DNA of 32,000 nucleotides from Mycoplasma mycoides subsp. capri (GTDB taxonomy: Bacteria; Bacillota_I; Bacilli_A; Mycoplasmatales; Mycoplasmataceae), in assembly GCF_018389705.1 (NCBI RefSeq), contig NZ_CP065581.1:420001-452000 (forward strand), read 5' to 3'. Below are positions 1 through 15,789 of the stretch, one piece after another (position 1 is the stretch's first letter; the number at the start of each line of letters is the position of its first letter). The position numbers were made by a program, and so were the translations under genes. The notes under the pieces are model-generated. The model was not told the origin of the DNA. It made no database searches and was given only the letters and a program-made list of their open reading frames with translations.

Positions 1-511
1 AATTATTAAAAATAAATGTAAAAACTGTAAAGGTAAGGGTAAATATTTAGAAAGACAAAAAATTGAAGTTAATATTCCAAAAGGAATTAGACCAAATCAA
101 CAAATTAAACTTTCTCAAAAAGGTCATGCTTCAATAAATAATGGAGTTAATGGTGATTTAATTATTGATATTTATTTAAAAGAATCTAAAGTATTTGAAA
201 TTGTTAATAATAATGATATTTTAATGACTTATAATATTAGTTATTTAGATTCGATTTTAGGAAATGAGATTATAATTAAAACTTTAGATGGTGATATTAA
301 ATATAAATTACCAAAATCAATTAATTCTAATGAATTTATTATTATTAATAATAAAGGATTATATAAATCTATAAATAAAGATAAAAGAGGAGATTTAATA
401 ATCAAAGTAAATATAGTAGTTCCTAAAAACTTAAACAAAAAAGAAAAAGAATTAATAGAACAAATTTATGAACAAACTTCATTTAATCCAGAAAATAATA
501 TAGATCAATAA
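1..511 (+). CDS. dnaJ: Molecular chaperone DnaJ, C-terminal part (5' truncated by window edge)
   Basis: Open from base 2: IIKNKCKNCKGKGKYLERQKIEVNIPKGIRPNQQIKLSQKGHAS..., containing a CxxCxGxG zinc-finger repeat followed by the DnaJ C-terminal substrate-binding domain (NISYLDSILGNEIIIKTLDGDIKYKLP). Stop TAA 509-511. Confidence 0.93.
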   Translation, partial: IIKNKCKNCKGKGKYLERQKIEVNIPKGIRPNQQIKLSQKGHASINNGVNGDLIIDIYLKESKVFEIVNNNDILMTYNISYLDSILGNEIIIKTLDGDIKYKLPKSINSNEFIIINNKGLYKSINKDKRGDLIIKVNIVVPKNLNKKEKELIEQIYEQTSFNPENNIDQ

Positions 512-535
512 GCAGATTATATTTCTGCTTTTTTA
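511..535 (+). terminator. Rho-independent terminator after dnaJ
   Basis: agcaga-ttatatt-tctgct followed by a T run; begins at the last base of the dnaJ stop codon. Confidence 0.7.
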
Positions 536-556
536 ATTAATGCTTTTGTTTATTAA

Positions 557-584
557 TTGTAAAATTAGAAAAAATTGATAAAAT
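557..584 (+). promoter_or_regulatory. Candidate promoter of rpsB-tsf
   Basis: TTGTAA - 16 nt - TAAAAT, about 134 nt before the rpsB start codon. Consensus match only. Confidence 0.35.
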
Positions 585-634
585 ATAAAAGTTGGTTAAT
601 TTTAAAAAAAATTATTCAATCAAAAATAAGGATT

Positions 635-676
635 CATTTTCCTAGTGCTCAAATTAAATAAAAAGAGTGGAAAATG
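635..676 (+). promoter_or_regulatory. Candidate structured leader (hairpin) upstream of rpsB
   Basis: Perfect 8-bp inverted repeat cattttcc (635-642) / ggaaaatg (669-676) with a 26-nt loop, in the rpsB 5' leader. Confidence 0.4.
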
Positions 677-717
677 TTCGAATTATTTTGAAGTTTAACA
701 AATAAAGAAAGGCTATT

Positions 718-1596
718 ATGTCAAGAGAAATAACAAGAGAAGAATTATCTGCAGCTGGAGTTCAATATGGACACCAAACTAAAAGATGAAATCCTAAAAT
801 GAAATCTTATATTTATGGAGTAAAAAATAAAAATCACATTATTGATTTAGAAAAAACTATTACTCATTTAAATACAGCTCAAAAATTATTAGAAACTTTA
901 GGAAGCAAACAACAAAAAATTTTATTTGTAGGAACTAAACGTTCTGGAAAAAATGCTGTTAAAGAAGCAGCTTTAAGAAGTGGAAATTTCTATATTAATA
1001 ATAGATGATTAGGTGGAACTTTAACTAATTTAAAAACTATTTTAATTAGAATTAAAGCTTTATGAGAAATTGAAGAAGAAGAAAAAAAAGGTCGTTTATC
1101 TTTAAGAACTAAAAAAGAACAAATTAAAATTTTAAAAGAAAAAGCTAAATTAGAAAAAGCACTTGGTGGAATTAAACAAATGCATAAATTACCAGCAGCT
1201 ATTGTTGTTGTTGATCCAAAAGGTGATGAAATTGCTGTTAAAGAAGCAAAAAAATTAAACATTCCTGTAATTGCTATTTGTGATACTAATGCTGATCCTG
1301 ATATGATTGATTATGTAATTCCTGGAAATGATGATTTACAAGAATCAGTAAACTTGATTATTAACATTTTAGTTGAAGCATATGCTGAAGGTGCTCAAAT
1401 TAAAATGAATCCTTCAGTTTTAAAAACTGTTGCTCCAAAAAGAGAACCAAGACAAAATAGAGTTATGACACCAGTTGTTGAAAATCAATCTGCTGAACAA
1501 CAAGCTAGTGAAAATGTTTCAAACACACAAGTTTCAAACGAACCTGTAACTCCAGTAGTTGAAGTTGAAAAATCAAGTGAACCAAAAGCTGAATAA
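718..1596 (+). CDS. rpsB: 30S ribosomal protein uS2
   Basis: 292 codons, code 4. [47 protein letters not shown]...; S2 hallmarks [43 protein letters not shown]. Preceded by an AAAGAAAGG-type RBS. Confidence 0.98.
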
Positions 1597-1607
1597 GGAG
1601 AAAAAAT

Positions 1608-2495
1608 ATGGCAGTAGATGCAAAATTAATTAAAGAATTACGTGAAATCACTCAAGCAGGAATGATGGATTGTAAAAAAGCTTTGGAAGCAAGTGATAAT
1701 AATATTGATAATGCTATTGTTTGATTAAGAGAAAATGGTTTAGCAAAAGCTGCTAAAAAAACTGATAGAGTTGCAGCTGAAGGAATTGTTTTAGCAAAAG
1801 AAAATGATCAAAAAATTGTAATTTTAGAAGTTAATTCAGAAACTGATTTTGTTGCAAAAAATGACAAATTTTTAAGTTTAGTTGATGAAATTGCTAATGC
1901 TTTATTAAATTCAAATGCTTCAAGTTTAGAAGAAGGTTTACAAGTAAAAACTAATTCTGGATTAACTATTGAACAAAGCTTAATTTCAGCAACTGCTACA
2001 ATTGGTGAAAAAATTGCTTTAAGAAGATTTGAATTAGTTAATAAAACAGAGGGAAGTTCAGTAATTTATAATCATGCTAATAAAAGAGTTTCAACTTTAT
2101 TAGTATTTGATAACAAACTTGATTCAACTGATGCTTATAATGTTGCAATGCATGTTGCTGCAATGGCTCCAAAATACATTAATATGGATCAAATTCCTGA
2201 AGATTTTAAAAATTCTGAAATGCATATTATTAAAGAACAAGCTAAAGATGATGCTAAATTACAAGCAAAACCTGCTAATGTTTTAGAAAATATTTTAAAA
2301 GGAAAATTATCAAAACGTTTAGCTGAAGTTAGTTTATTAGATCAATTATTTGTAATTGATGAAAGTTTTAAAGTTGGAGATTTTCTAAAATCAAAACATG
2401 TTTCATTAGTTAAAATGATTAGATATGAAGTTGGAGAAGGAATTGAAAAAGTAGTAACTAATTTTGCTGATGAAGTTGCTGCTCAATTAAAATAA
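1608..2495 (+). CDS. tsf: Elongation factor Ts
   Basis: 295 aa. [51 protein letters not shown]...; UBA-like N-terminus and EF-Ts core ([19 protein letters not shown]). Directly follows rpsB. Confidence 0.98.
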
Positions 2496-3100
2496 TGATT
2501 AGTTTTAATACAGAATATTTTGGAGTTATTTCAGGTTTATTAATTGCTTTTATTTTAGTAATTAATTTAATGTTTAACTTCTACTTATTTAGATTTACTA
2601 AAAAACAAGCTTTAATAACAAAATATAATAAGTTTTATTTTATTGTATTTTATATAATTTCTTTTATAAGTTTAGTTTTAGCAATTATTAGTTTAGTGTT
2701 ATTTAATTTAAAAGATAAAATTTTTAGTCAAACAAGTTCTGAAAGTCAAAAATTATACCCAACTATTGTATTAAATGCTATTAGTTTTGTATTTTTAATT
2801 AGTAAAATCATTTTATTATTTATTTTTCTACCAAGATTTGCTATTAAGATTACTGAAAATGAAATTTTATATTTAGGTGAAAAAATTGAGTTTCAAACTA
2901 TTACTAAAATAATAGAAGACACAAATACACAAGCTTTATATATAAACTATAAACCAACTAAAAGAACATATAAAAGAATTAGATATCCAAAAGCTTGCCC
3001 ATTTAATCAAGTAATTAAAAACAGCACTACAAATACTAGTTTAGAAATTTCTAATCAAGATGCTAATGAGTATTTTAAAAAGATAAAAGAATTATCATAG
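2495..3100 (+). CDS. Hypothetical multi-spanning membrane protein
   Basis: 201 aa ORF whose ATG overlaps the tsf stop by 1 nt (TAATG). About 3 hydrophobic segments, then a soluble C-terminal half. Confidence 0.85.
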   Translation: MISFNTEYFGVISGLLIAFILVINLMFNFYLFRFTKKQALITKYNKFYFIVFYIISFISLVLAIISLVLFNLKDKIFSQTSSESQKLYPTIVLNAISFVFLISKIILLFIFLPRFAIKITENEILYLGEKIEFQTITKIIEDTNTQALYINYKPTKRTYKRIRYPKACPFNQVIKNSTTNTSLEISNQDANEYFKKIKELS

Positions 3101-3103
3101 AAT

Positions 3104-3133
3104 AAAAAGTATGATTATAAATCATACTTTTTT
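3104..3133 (+). terminator. Rho-independent (possibly bidirectional) terminator
   Basis: aaaaagtatgatt-at-aatcatactttttt near-perfect inverted repeat with A run upstream and T run downstream. Confidence 0.8.
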
Positions 3134-3191
3134 TATAAACAACTTATTAATATTTTTTAAATCTTATACTAAAGAGTATTTAGGTTTTTTG

Positions 3192-3197
3192 TATAAT
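3192..3197 (+). promoter_or_regulatory. Candidate -10 element for pyrH-frr-argS
   Basis: TATAAT about 37 nt before the pyrH ATG, after a terminator. No clear -35. Confidence 0.45.
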
Positions 3198-3233
3198 TAT
3201 AAAGAGTTATTTTGAAGTATTTTGAGGTGAAAA

Positions 3234-3947
3234 ATGAATTATAAATATAAAACGGTGCTATTAAAATTAAGTGGTGAAGCTTTAAAAGGTGATGCTGAAG
3301 TTTATGATAAAAAGTGCTTAGATAATATTGCAAGTCAAATAGTTCATCTTGCTAAAAATGGTTTAAAACTAGCAATTGTAATTGGTGGAGGAAATATTTG
3401 AAGAGGCAAATTAGGTGAAAACATTGGAATGGATGCTATTAATGCTGATTATATGGGTATGTTAGCAACTGTTATGAATGGATTAGCACTTGAAAGCACT
3501 ATTACTAAAATGGGTTATGACAAAATTAAAGTTTATTCTTCACTACCAATTAAAACAGTAACTGATGATTATAATTTTAAAAAAGCAAGAATTAAAATGA
3601 ATGAAGGTTTTATTTCTATTTTTGTAGGAGGAACTGGTTATTCATATTTTACAACTGATACTAATGCAACAATTAGAGCAATTGAAATTGGAGCTGATGT
3701 AATTTTAATGGCAAAAAATGGTGTTAAAGGAGTTTATGATAAAGATCCAAAACAACATAGTGATGCCAAATTTATTAAACGTCTTACTCATCAAGAAGTT
3801 GTTGATAAGCAATTAAGAATTATGGATCTAACAGCAGCTACTTTAGCAAAAGATGCAAATTTAAAAATTGAAGTTTTTGATATGAGCGGAGATAATAATA
3901 TTATAAAAGTATTAGAAAATAAGTTAGAATCAACAATTATAGAATAG
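3234..3947 (+). CDS. pyrH: UMP kinase
   Basis: 237 aa. [19 protein letters not shown]...[11 protein letters not shown]...[15 protein letters not shown]...[41 protein letters not shown]; RBS gaggtg. Confidence 0.98.
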
Positions 3948-3957
3948 GAACAAATTT

Positions 3958-4506
3958 ATGACTGATTTAATTTTAAAAAATGCTGAATTACAAATGAAAG
4001 AAACTATTGATGCATATGTAATACATTTAAGACAAATTAGAACTGGAAAAGCAAGTGGAGCTATTTTAGATAAAGTAATGGTAAATTATTATGGAAGTTT
4101 AATGCCATTAAATCAAATTTCTCAAATTACAACTCCTGAACCAAATTTAATTATTATTAAACCATATGATAGAAATGTAATTACTGAAGCAGTTGGAGCT
4201 ATTCATAAAGCTGATTTAGGATTAAACCCAGTAAGTGATGCTACTTTAATTAGAATTCCAATAGCTCCACTAACTGAAGATGTAAGAAAGAACTTAGTTA
4301 AAAAAGTTCATAAAGAATTAGAAGGTTATAAGATTAGAATCAGAAATATCAGAAGAGATGCTATTGATGAAATTAAAAAAATCGAAAATATTTCAAAAGA
4401 CTTAATTAGTGATAATGAAGATCAAATCCAACAAATAACTGATAAATTTATTAAACAATTAGATGATCTAACAAAAGAAAAAGAAAAAGAGTTAATGACA
4501 ATTTAA
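3958..4506 (+). CDS. frr: Ribosome recycling factor
   Basis: 182 aa; [44 protein letters not shown] is diagnostic; follows pyrH. Confidence 0.97.
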
Positions 4507-4507
4507 T

Positions 4508-6172
4508 ATGAGTACAACTATTATTGAAATGTTTTATAATGATTTAAAAAACATTTGTCAAAAACTAAATATAACAAAAGAACCAATTATTGAAATTAAT
4601 AAAAATAACACACCAGGTTTATTATCAAGTTCGATTTGTTTAATTAGTAGTAAACAAGTAAATAAAAAACCACTAGAACTAGCAGAAATTTTTAAACAAG
4701 AATTATTATTAACAAATAGTTATTTAAATATTGATATAGCAGCTCCAGGATTTTTAAATGTTTTAGTTAAACCTGAGATTTTATCAAATGTTATTAGTAA
4801 TGTTTTAAGTTTAAAATCTAAATATGGAAATTTAGAAAAACAAAATAAGACTATTAATATTGAATATGTTTCAGCTAACCCTACTGGTTATTTACATGTT
4901 GGTCATGCTAGAAATGCTGTTATTGGTTCTGTTTTAGTTAACTTATTTAAAAAAGCTGGATATAATGTACAAACTGAATATTATGTAAATGATGCAGGAA
5001 ATCAGATTAATGTTTTAGCTGTAACTGTGTTTGTTCATTATTTACAAGCTTTAAATATTGATGCTAAAAAACCAGAAAATTGTTATGCTGGTGATATGTA
5101 TGATGATTTAGCAAAAATAATTATTAATAAATATAATGATCAATTTAAAGATATCAAATATACTGATAATAAAATTTTAGATGATAATGTACATTCATTA
5201 TTTAAACAAATTTCAATTGATTATTTTTTAAAAATTATTAAACAACAATTAGCTGATTTTAATGTAAAAATTAAACATTGATCTAGTGAACAAGAAGTTT
5301 ATGATACTCATCAAATAGAAAAAGTTTTAAAATTGTATGAATCTAAAGATGCTTTATATTATAAAGATGATGCTTTGTTTTTAAAAACTACACAATTTGG
5401 TGATGATAAAGATAGAGTTTTAGTTAAATCAGATAAAACTTATACTTATATACTTCCAGATCTTGCTACTCATAACTTAAGAATTAAAAGAACTAAAGCA
5501 GATAAGTTAATTAATGTTTGAGGTGGAGATCACCATGGTTATATTAAAAGAATGCAAGCTGGTTTAGCATTACTAGGAAATGATCCAGATATTTTAGAAA
5601 TTCAAATGGTTCAAATGGTAAGACTAATTAAGGATGGTAGTGAATATAAAATGTCTAAAAGAAAAGGAACTGCTGTTTGATTAGTTGATATTTTAGAATT
5701 AGTTGGTGTTGATGCATTAAGATATATGCTAGCAAGTAAATCTTCTAATTCACATATGGATTTAGATTTAGATTTGATTACTTTAAAAAATTCATCAAAT
5801 CCTGTTTATTATGCTCAGTATGCTACAGCTAGATGTCATTCAATTTTAAATCAAGCTAAAACTAAAAAAATAACACCATTAATAAAACAAACTAACTTAT
5901 TAAATAATCCTAAAGAAATTGAAATGTTATTAATTTTAGATAACTTTAAAGAAGTTATTAAAAATAGTGCAAATAATCGTTCAACTCAACAAATTTGTGA
6001 CTATATTCAAAACATTTGTAAAATTTTTCATTCTTATTATGCAGAAATTAAAATTATTGATGAAAATGATTTACAATTAACTAAGTTGAGATTAGGTTTT
6101 ATAAAAGCTATTTTACAAGTGTTAAAAAATGCCTTTTTTATCATTGGAATTCAACCAGTTGTAGAAATGTAA
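4508..6172 (+). CDS. argS: Arginyl-tRNA synthetase
   Basis: 554 aa reading TGA as Trp. [33 protein letters not shown] (HIGH-like motif), [19 protein letters not shown] (KMSK-like), C-terminal anticodon-binding domain. ORF track fragments 4508, 5333 and 5726 are all in one frame. Confidence 0.97.
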
Positions 6173-6200
6173 AAATTTTTAAAAAAAATAGCAAAAAATA

Positions 6201-6229
6201 TTGCATATCTATTCTTGATTTTATATACT
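6201..6229 (+). promoter_or_regulatory. rRNA operon promoter
   Basis: TTGCAT - 17 nt - TATACT upstream of the 16S leader. Confidence 0.75.
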
Positions 6230-6240
6230 TATCATTGTGT

Positions 6241-6261
6241 GTTAAGAAGCTTATTCTTAAC
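6241..6261 (+). promoter_or_regulatory. Hairpin at the 5' end of the rRNA leader transcript
   Basis: Perfect 8-bp inverted repeat gttaagaa-gctta-ttcttaac starting about 12 nt after the -10. Confidence 0.6.
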
Positions 6262-6263
6262 GA

Positions 6264-6288
6264 GACGATCTTTGAAAACTAAATAGAA
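6264..6288 (+). promoter_or_regulatory. 16S processing-stalk 5' strand containing boxA-like TCTTTGAAAACT
   Basis: gacgatctttgaaaactaaatagaa pairs with 7938-7962 (ttctatttagttttcagagatcgtc), 25 positions with one G-U. Confidence 0.8.
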
Positions 6289-6382
6289 TAATTATTGTAC
6301 AAATCTTGTCAAAAGATTTATTTGAGTAATAAAAAACTTATAACAATAAAAATAGTCAGAATCACTTTTATTTAACAATTTT

Positions 6383-7905
<1,523 letters not shown>

Positions 7906-7979
7906 CTATGGAGATATTTATATTACTGACTATTTAATTCTATTTAGTTTTCAGAGATCGTCACACATCTTTGAATATA

Positions 7980-7999
7980 GATTGTTCTTTGAAAACTGA
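7980..7999 (+). promoter_or_regulatory. 23S processing-stalk 5' strand containing boxA-like TCTTTGAAAACT
   Basis: gattgttctttgaaaactga is the exact reverse complement of 11078-11097. Confidence 0.85.
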
Positions 8000-8132
8000 A
8001 TATTAGATGAAATGCAATTTTCTGATTATAACAATATTTATAATTAGATAAATTATTACGAAATTATATTCGTAATGACATCAAAAACAATTAACTAAAA
8101 TTAATTGAGTTACAAATTGCTAGTAAGATTTT

Positions 8133-11043
<2,911 letters not shown>

Positions 11044-11107
11044 AAATGCAATTTTAACTTACATTTCAAGCTAATAATCAGTTTTCAAAGAACAATCAAA
11101 AAAATAA

Positions 11108-11215
11108 TCTGGTGGTTATAGCATAGAGGTCACACCTGTTCCCATGCCGAACACAGAAGTTAAGCTCTATTACGGTGAAAATATTACTTATGTGAGAAGA
11201 TAGCAAGCTGCCAGT
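11108..11215 (+). rRNA. rrf: 5S ribosomal RNA
   Basis: tctggtggttatagcatagaggtcacacctgttcccatgccgaacacagaagttaag ... gcaagctgccagt; terminal helix ctgg/ccag. Confidence 0.95.
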
Positions 11216-11220
11216 TTCTA

Positions 11221-11247
11221 AAGAACCTTAAGTGGTTCTTTTTTTAT
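11221..11247 (+). terminator. rRNA operon terminator
   Basis: aagaacc-ttaagt-ggttctt followed by a T run. Confidence 0.88.
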
Positions 11248-11332
11248 TTTTAAAATTATTTCTTTTATTAATAATTTATATAAAATAGTATGTTAATTTA
11301 TAATAATAATAGACTAAAGAAAGGAGAATAAT

Positions 11333-14300
11333 ATGCGACATATTATAAAAAGCTATTTAAAAACCTTTTTTAAAAAAAATTATGTCTCAACATTTGGGAT
11401 TCTTCTTTTTATTATTACTTTAGCAACTGTTATTATAGGAATGCTTGCTACACCATTACAATTAAATAATAGAATTAATTATTTAGCAAAACATAATACT
11501 AGTTATAATTCAATACTAGATACAAGATCTATGAATTATGATCCTAAATTTACTTATAATTATTTTTATTTAAATAAAGAAATTAATAACAAAGATACTA
11601 ATTACACTAAATTATCTGAACTTTATATAAAAGCAATTAATAGTGAATTAGAACAAAATTTTACTAATACTAGTACTGATAAAAAAGAAAATAATCTTTA
11701 TATTTATGATTCTAATAACTTAGAAGATAAAGTAAAAATTGATTTTATAGGTAATTTAATTAATAGTGATTTATTTAGATATAGAAATGGTGCTTTAATT
11801 AAAACAGAATCTTATATTTTTAATAAAGATTATAATAATGATCAAAATAATTTAAACAGTTTTTCAAATATTTCTAATCAAGTTTTAAATAGAATTATTT
11901 CTGATTTTCATCAAAGTATGAGTGATGGAATTAGTTTAGATAATAACGCTAAATATGATTATGTAGTTTCAGAATTTTATAAAGCTTATTCTCGTTTTAA
12001 TAGTTTTTTAACTATTAATGAAATTAATTTAATAGATAAACCTATTCTAACTTTGAAATTTACTGAAATTTTAAATAAACTTAATGACAATAAAATAGAT
12101 GAAATAACTAAGTTTTTAGTAAAACAATTACAAGACTTAAAAAACAAAATAAAAGATCATCAAAAAGAAAGGATTTATTTACCTTCCTTTTTAGTGTTTT
12201 CAGATAAATTTTCAAAAGTATTATCTGATGAAAAATTTTTATATGATGACAGAATTTATATAGTTGATCAATTACTAGATAATGTAGAAAATTTTGTTTT
12301 ACAAACTAAAAAAACTTTTAAAATTCAACAAAGTTCAGTAGGTCAATTACTTCCGTTTTTAACCTTACAACTAACTTCAGATAATCAAATTTTTAAAAAT
12401 ACAAATAAAGATTTTAATCAAATTCAATTTGATAAAAATCATAAAAACTCAGAATTTGCAAAAAAATGAGACGTTAATATTAATTATCAACAAAAAGTTA
12501 ATCCAACACAAATAGTAATTTCATCATCATATGCAAAAGCAAGAAATTTAAAAATTAATGATGAATTTATTATTCCTAGTTCTAATATTTCAGATATTTA
12601 TTTAAGCTTAATTAATAAAAAAGATGCTTATTATTTAGGTTCTATTAATAGTAAAATAGTTGGAATTGGTTCAACTTTTGATGATATTGTTTCAAAAAAC
12701 TCAGCTACTGATTATTTTCAAGATAAAACTAGTTATGTAGTTGGTTATACTAGTAAAGAATTTATTAATTCAATAAGAAATTCTAGATGAAATTTTTCAA
12801 ATAAATTTGATACTTCTTATCAAGTAAACTTTAGAGTAAAAAATTTAAATAATAGCACTAGTAAAGATTTAAACAAACATTTTATTATTAAATTTGATAA
12901 CTGATCAGATGAAAGTTATTCTGTTTTTGATAAAAGTAGCTCACTAATTACTGAATGATATTCACTAAGAACTTCTCAAGCAATTAGTTCAATTAAAGTT
13001 CAAGTAATTATTTATATTGTTATTGGTATTTTTGTTTTATTATTATCATTTGTTTTCATTAATTTTGCACTAAAAAAAGAAATGAATGAAACAAGAAGAC
13101 AAATTGGAATTTTTAAATCGTTTGGTTATAAAGTAGTAGAACTTTCTTGAATATTTGCACTAAAAACTTGATTGACAATGTTTTTTGGATTAATTATTGG
13201 TTATATTTTATCAATACCAATTCAAATATATTCATCTTCAAATTTTGTAAATTCAGTCACTTTTACTTTTAATAGTATTTATATTTCACCTTTATTAATA
13301 ATCTTTTTAATTTTAATTATTCCTTTTATATTTTTAATGGGATCTTATTGAGCTTCAATTATTTATATAAAAGAACCTGTTTTATCTTTAATGAATAATT
13401 TAAAAAAATCAAAAAGAACTAAAAGTGGAGCTATTACTAATTTATTATCAAAACATAATATTGGATTTAATTACAGAATGCGTTTATCTTTTATTAAAAA
13501 TGCTAAAGGTAAATTTGCTGTAGTTCAAATTTTATTTGGGTTTGCTTCTTTAACTTATACTTTATTATTTGTAGCTCAAGCTATTTTATTTCAATCAATT
13601 AATCAAAGCTTAGCAACAATCAAACAAGATGTAATTACAAAATCTATGTGAAATGTTAATAAAAAAATTGATAATACTAGTACAAATGATAAGTTAAGTT
13701 ACACTAATAAAAATGATCCTAAGACTAGACAAACTCTAAGTTATCATGATTTAAATAAAAAAAATATTAACACTTATTTAAATAATGATTCAAAACAAAC
13801 AGATATTAGATATAGAGTTGAATTATTTTTAAAACTTTTAAATAACACTTTTAACTCACTTTCAAATGAAAAAAAAGTTTCAATGATTTTACCACTAGAT
13901 TATGCTAAAAAAACTTTAACTCCTTTTTTACAACCAGGTAAAACTGATAAAAATGACTATGAAGTTTTAATTAAAGATAATCAATATTATTTAAGTTATA
14001 TTAGTAGATTTAATTTATATAATCAAAATCAAAAATGACAAAGTGCTTTAAATGATTTTAAAAATAATAAAGAAATTAAATTAACATTAAATGATCTTTC
14101 TAAAAAACATGATTCATCTGATCTATTTTATGATTTAAATCATCCTAAAAAAGACGAATTACAAAATACTATTATAGGTTTACAATCAACTAGAAATAAT
14201 TCAAATAACACATTATTTTTAAGTTCTTTTGCTAAAATATTTTCTTATAAATTAGTTCAAGCTTATAGTTTATTTCAAGTAGTTAGTCATTATAAACAAT

Positions 14301-15781
14301 TTAATAATGATATAAATAAAGCCTGAATGCATTTACAAAAAGATAATGATTTATTATCATTTAATCCTGATGATCAAAAATATTGAACTATTGCAAATAA
14401 TCCTTTATTAGAAAAAATTATTAACAAAAATTTAAAAAATAAACCTAATAAAGATAAAAAAGAACTTTTTGATACAACTTCTAATTTTTCAATAGACTCA
14501 TTATTAAATTCAACTAATTTATCAAATGCTAGTCAAAGTATTTTATTAGCTTCAATGATTATGCAAGATTTAAATAATAAATTAGAAAATAATCCAATTG
14601 TTAGTTTTAATCAAATGTTTTATGATTCTTCAACTGATTTATTATCAGCAGTGATTAGAGTTTCAAATAGTGATATTTTAAACCCTGGATCATATGCTTT
14701 AAATTTATATAGATTAAAAGATCATAATTTTGGTGATGTTAATCAGTTTTTAAATTTTAAAGGTGTAAGTATTAAAGGTTTTCAAGATTTATCAAAATTA
14801 CCAGAAAAACATAATAATTTACCAACTTTTAATGTAATTGTTCCATATTATTATGTAAAATCTAAAAACCTAGATATTAATAGTAAGATTGTTGTTGAAA
14901 CTAGAACTACTTTTGTTAAAAAATTTGTTTTAAATGTTGTTGGTATTAATAAATCTGAAACTTTATCAATTTCAAAAACTCCTGATATTTTTTTAGATTA
15001 TGATTTATTTGCTAATGAAATGTTTTCTGAAGATTTATATAAAAATAATAATCCTTTAATTTTTAATCAATTGTGAAGTAAAAATAAAATTTTAGAAGGA
15101 ACAATTAATTTTACTAAATTAGATGATTCATTTAAAACAATTAAATATTATGGAAATAATTTAGCAATTGATATAAGAAAAGATGCACCAATCTTTTTAT
15201 CAATGTATTCAAATATTTTTACTGAATTTAATAATTTTATTTCTAAATACCAAGAACTAGATCAACAAAACGATATTTATAATACACCAAATCCAGCAAT
15301 CACTACTTTAAGTCGTTTAAATTCTAAATTATTTAACTTTAATCTAGTAAAACAAACTATTAGTAAAATTACAACTATTACAAATCAAGTGATGTCGTTA
15401 TTTATTTTATTAGTAAGTTTATTATTAACAATTATTTTAGTAGTTGTTATGAATATAGTTGTTGATGAATCTAAAAAAACAATTCTAACATTAAGAGCTA
15501 TTGGGTATGAAAATAGTGAAGTTAATTGAATTGTTATGGGTAGTTATATAATTGGAGCTATTATTTCATTTATTATTGCTTATTTATTATCTAATTTAAT
15601 TTGATGATCATTTTTATATTATGTAAGTTATAAATGACATATTTATATATTCTTAGCGTTTGATTTTAAAACTTTATTTGTAACATTTAGTGTAATTGCT
15701 TTTGTTTTATTTATTGGTTGATTATTTTCACATAAACAAGTTAAAAAAACTGCACTAACTCAAGTTACTCAAGCTGAATAG
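11333..15781 (+). CDS. Large FtsX-like/ABC transporter permease-type membrane protein
   Basis: 1482 aa in one frame with TGA=Trp (track ORFs 11333, 13391, 14555 and 15203 all in frame). N-terminal TM, a large extracytoplasmic domain, then an FtsX-like TM block (VIIYIVIGIFVLLLSFVFINFALKKEMNETRRQIGIFKSFGYKVVELS), a second TM plus large domain, and a second FtsX-like block (LFILLVSLLLTIILVVVMNIVVDESKKTILTLRAIGYENSEVNWIVM). RBS aaaggag. Confidence 0.9.
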
Positions 15782-15789
15782 GATAATTT

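Noticed and set aside
683-694. 12-nt identity ttattttgaagt shared by the rpsB leader and the pyrH leader (about 3208-3219) as a common regulatory element
   Set aside because: Short A+T-rich match expected by chance in this composition; no shared structure around it.
990-1262. Minus-strand ORF opposite rpsB, and similarly 241..438 - opposite dnaJ
   Set aside because: Antisense of strong conserved coding sequence; composition explained by the sense gene.
4508-6172. Three separate ORFs as possible split or frameshifted argS
   Set aside because: The fragments are in the same frame and separated only by TGA, which is Trp in this organism; argS is intact.
7906-8132. tRNA genes in the 16S-23S spacer
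   Set aside because: No cloverleaf, GGTTC/TTCRA T-loop or CCA-like end found; the spacer is explained by processing stalks.
11333-15781. Several separate small ORFs as distinct genes or pseudogene remnants
   Set aside because: All fragments share one frame with only TGA between them, so this is a single intact 1482-aa ORF.
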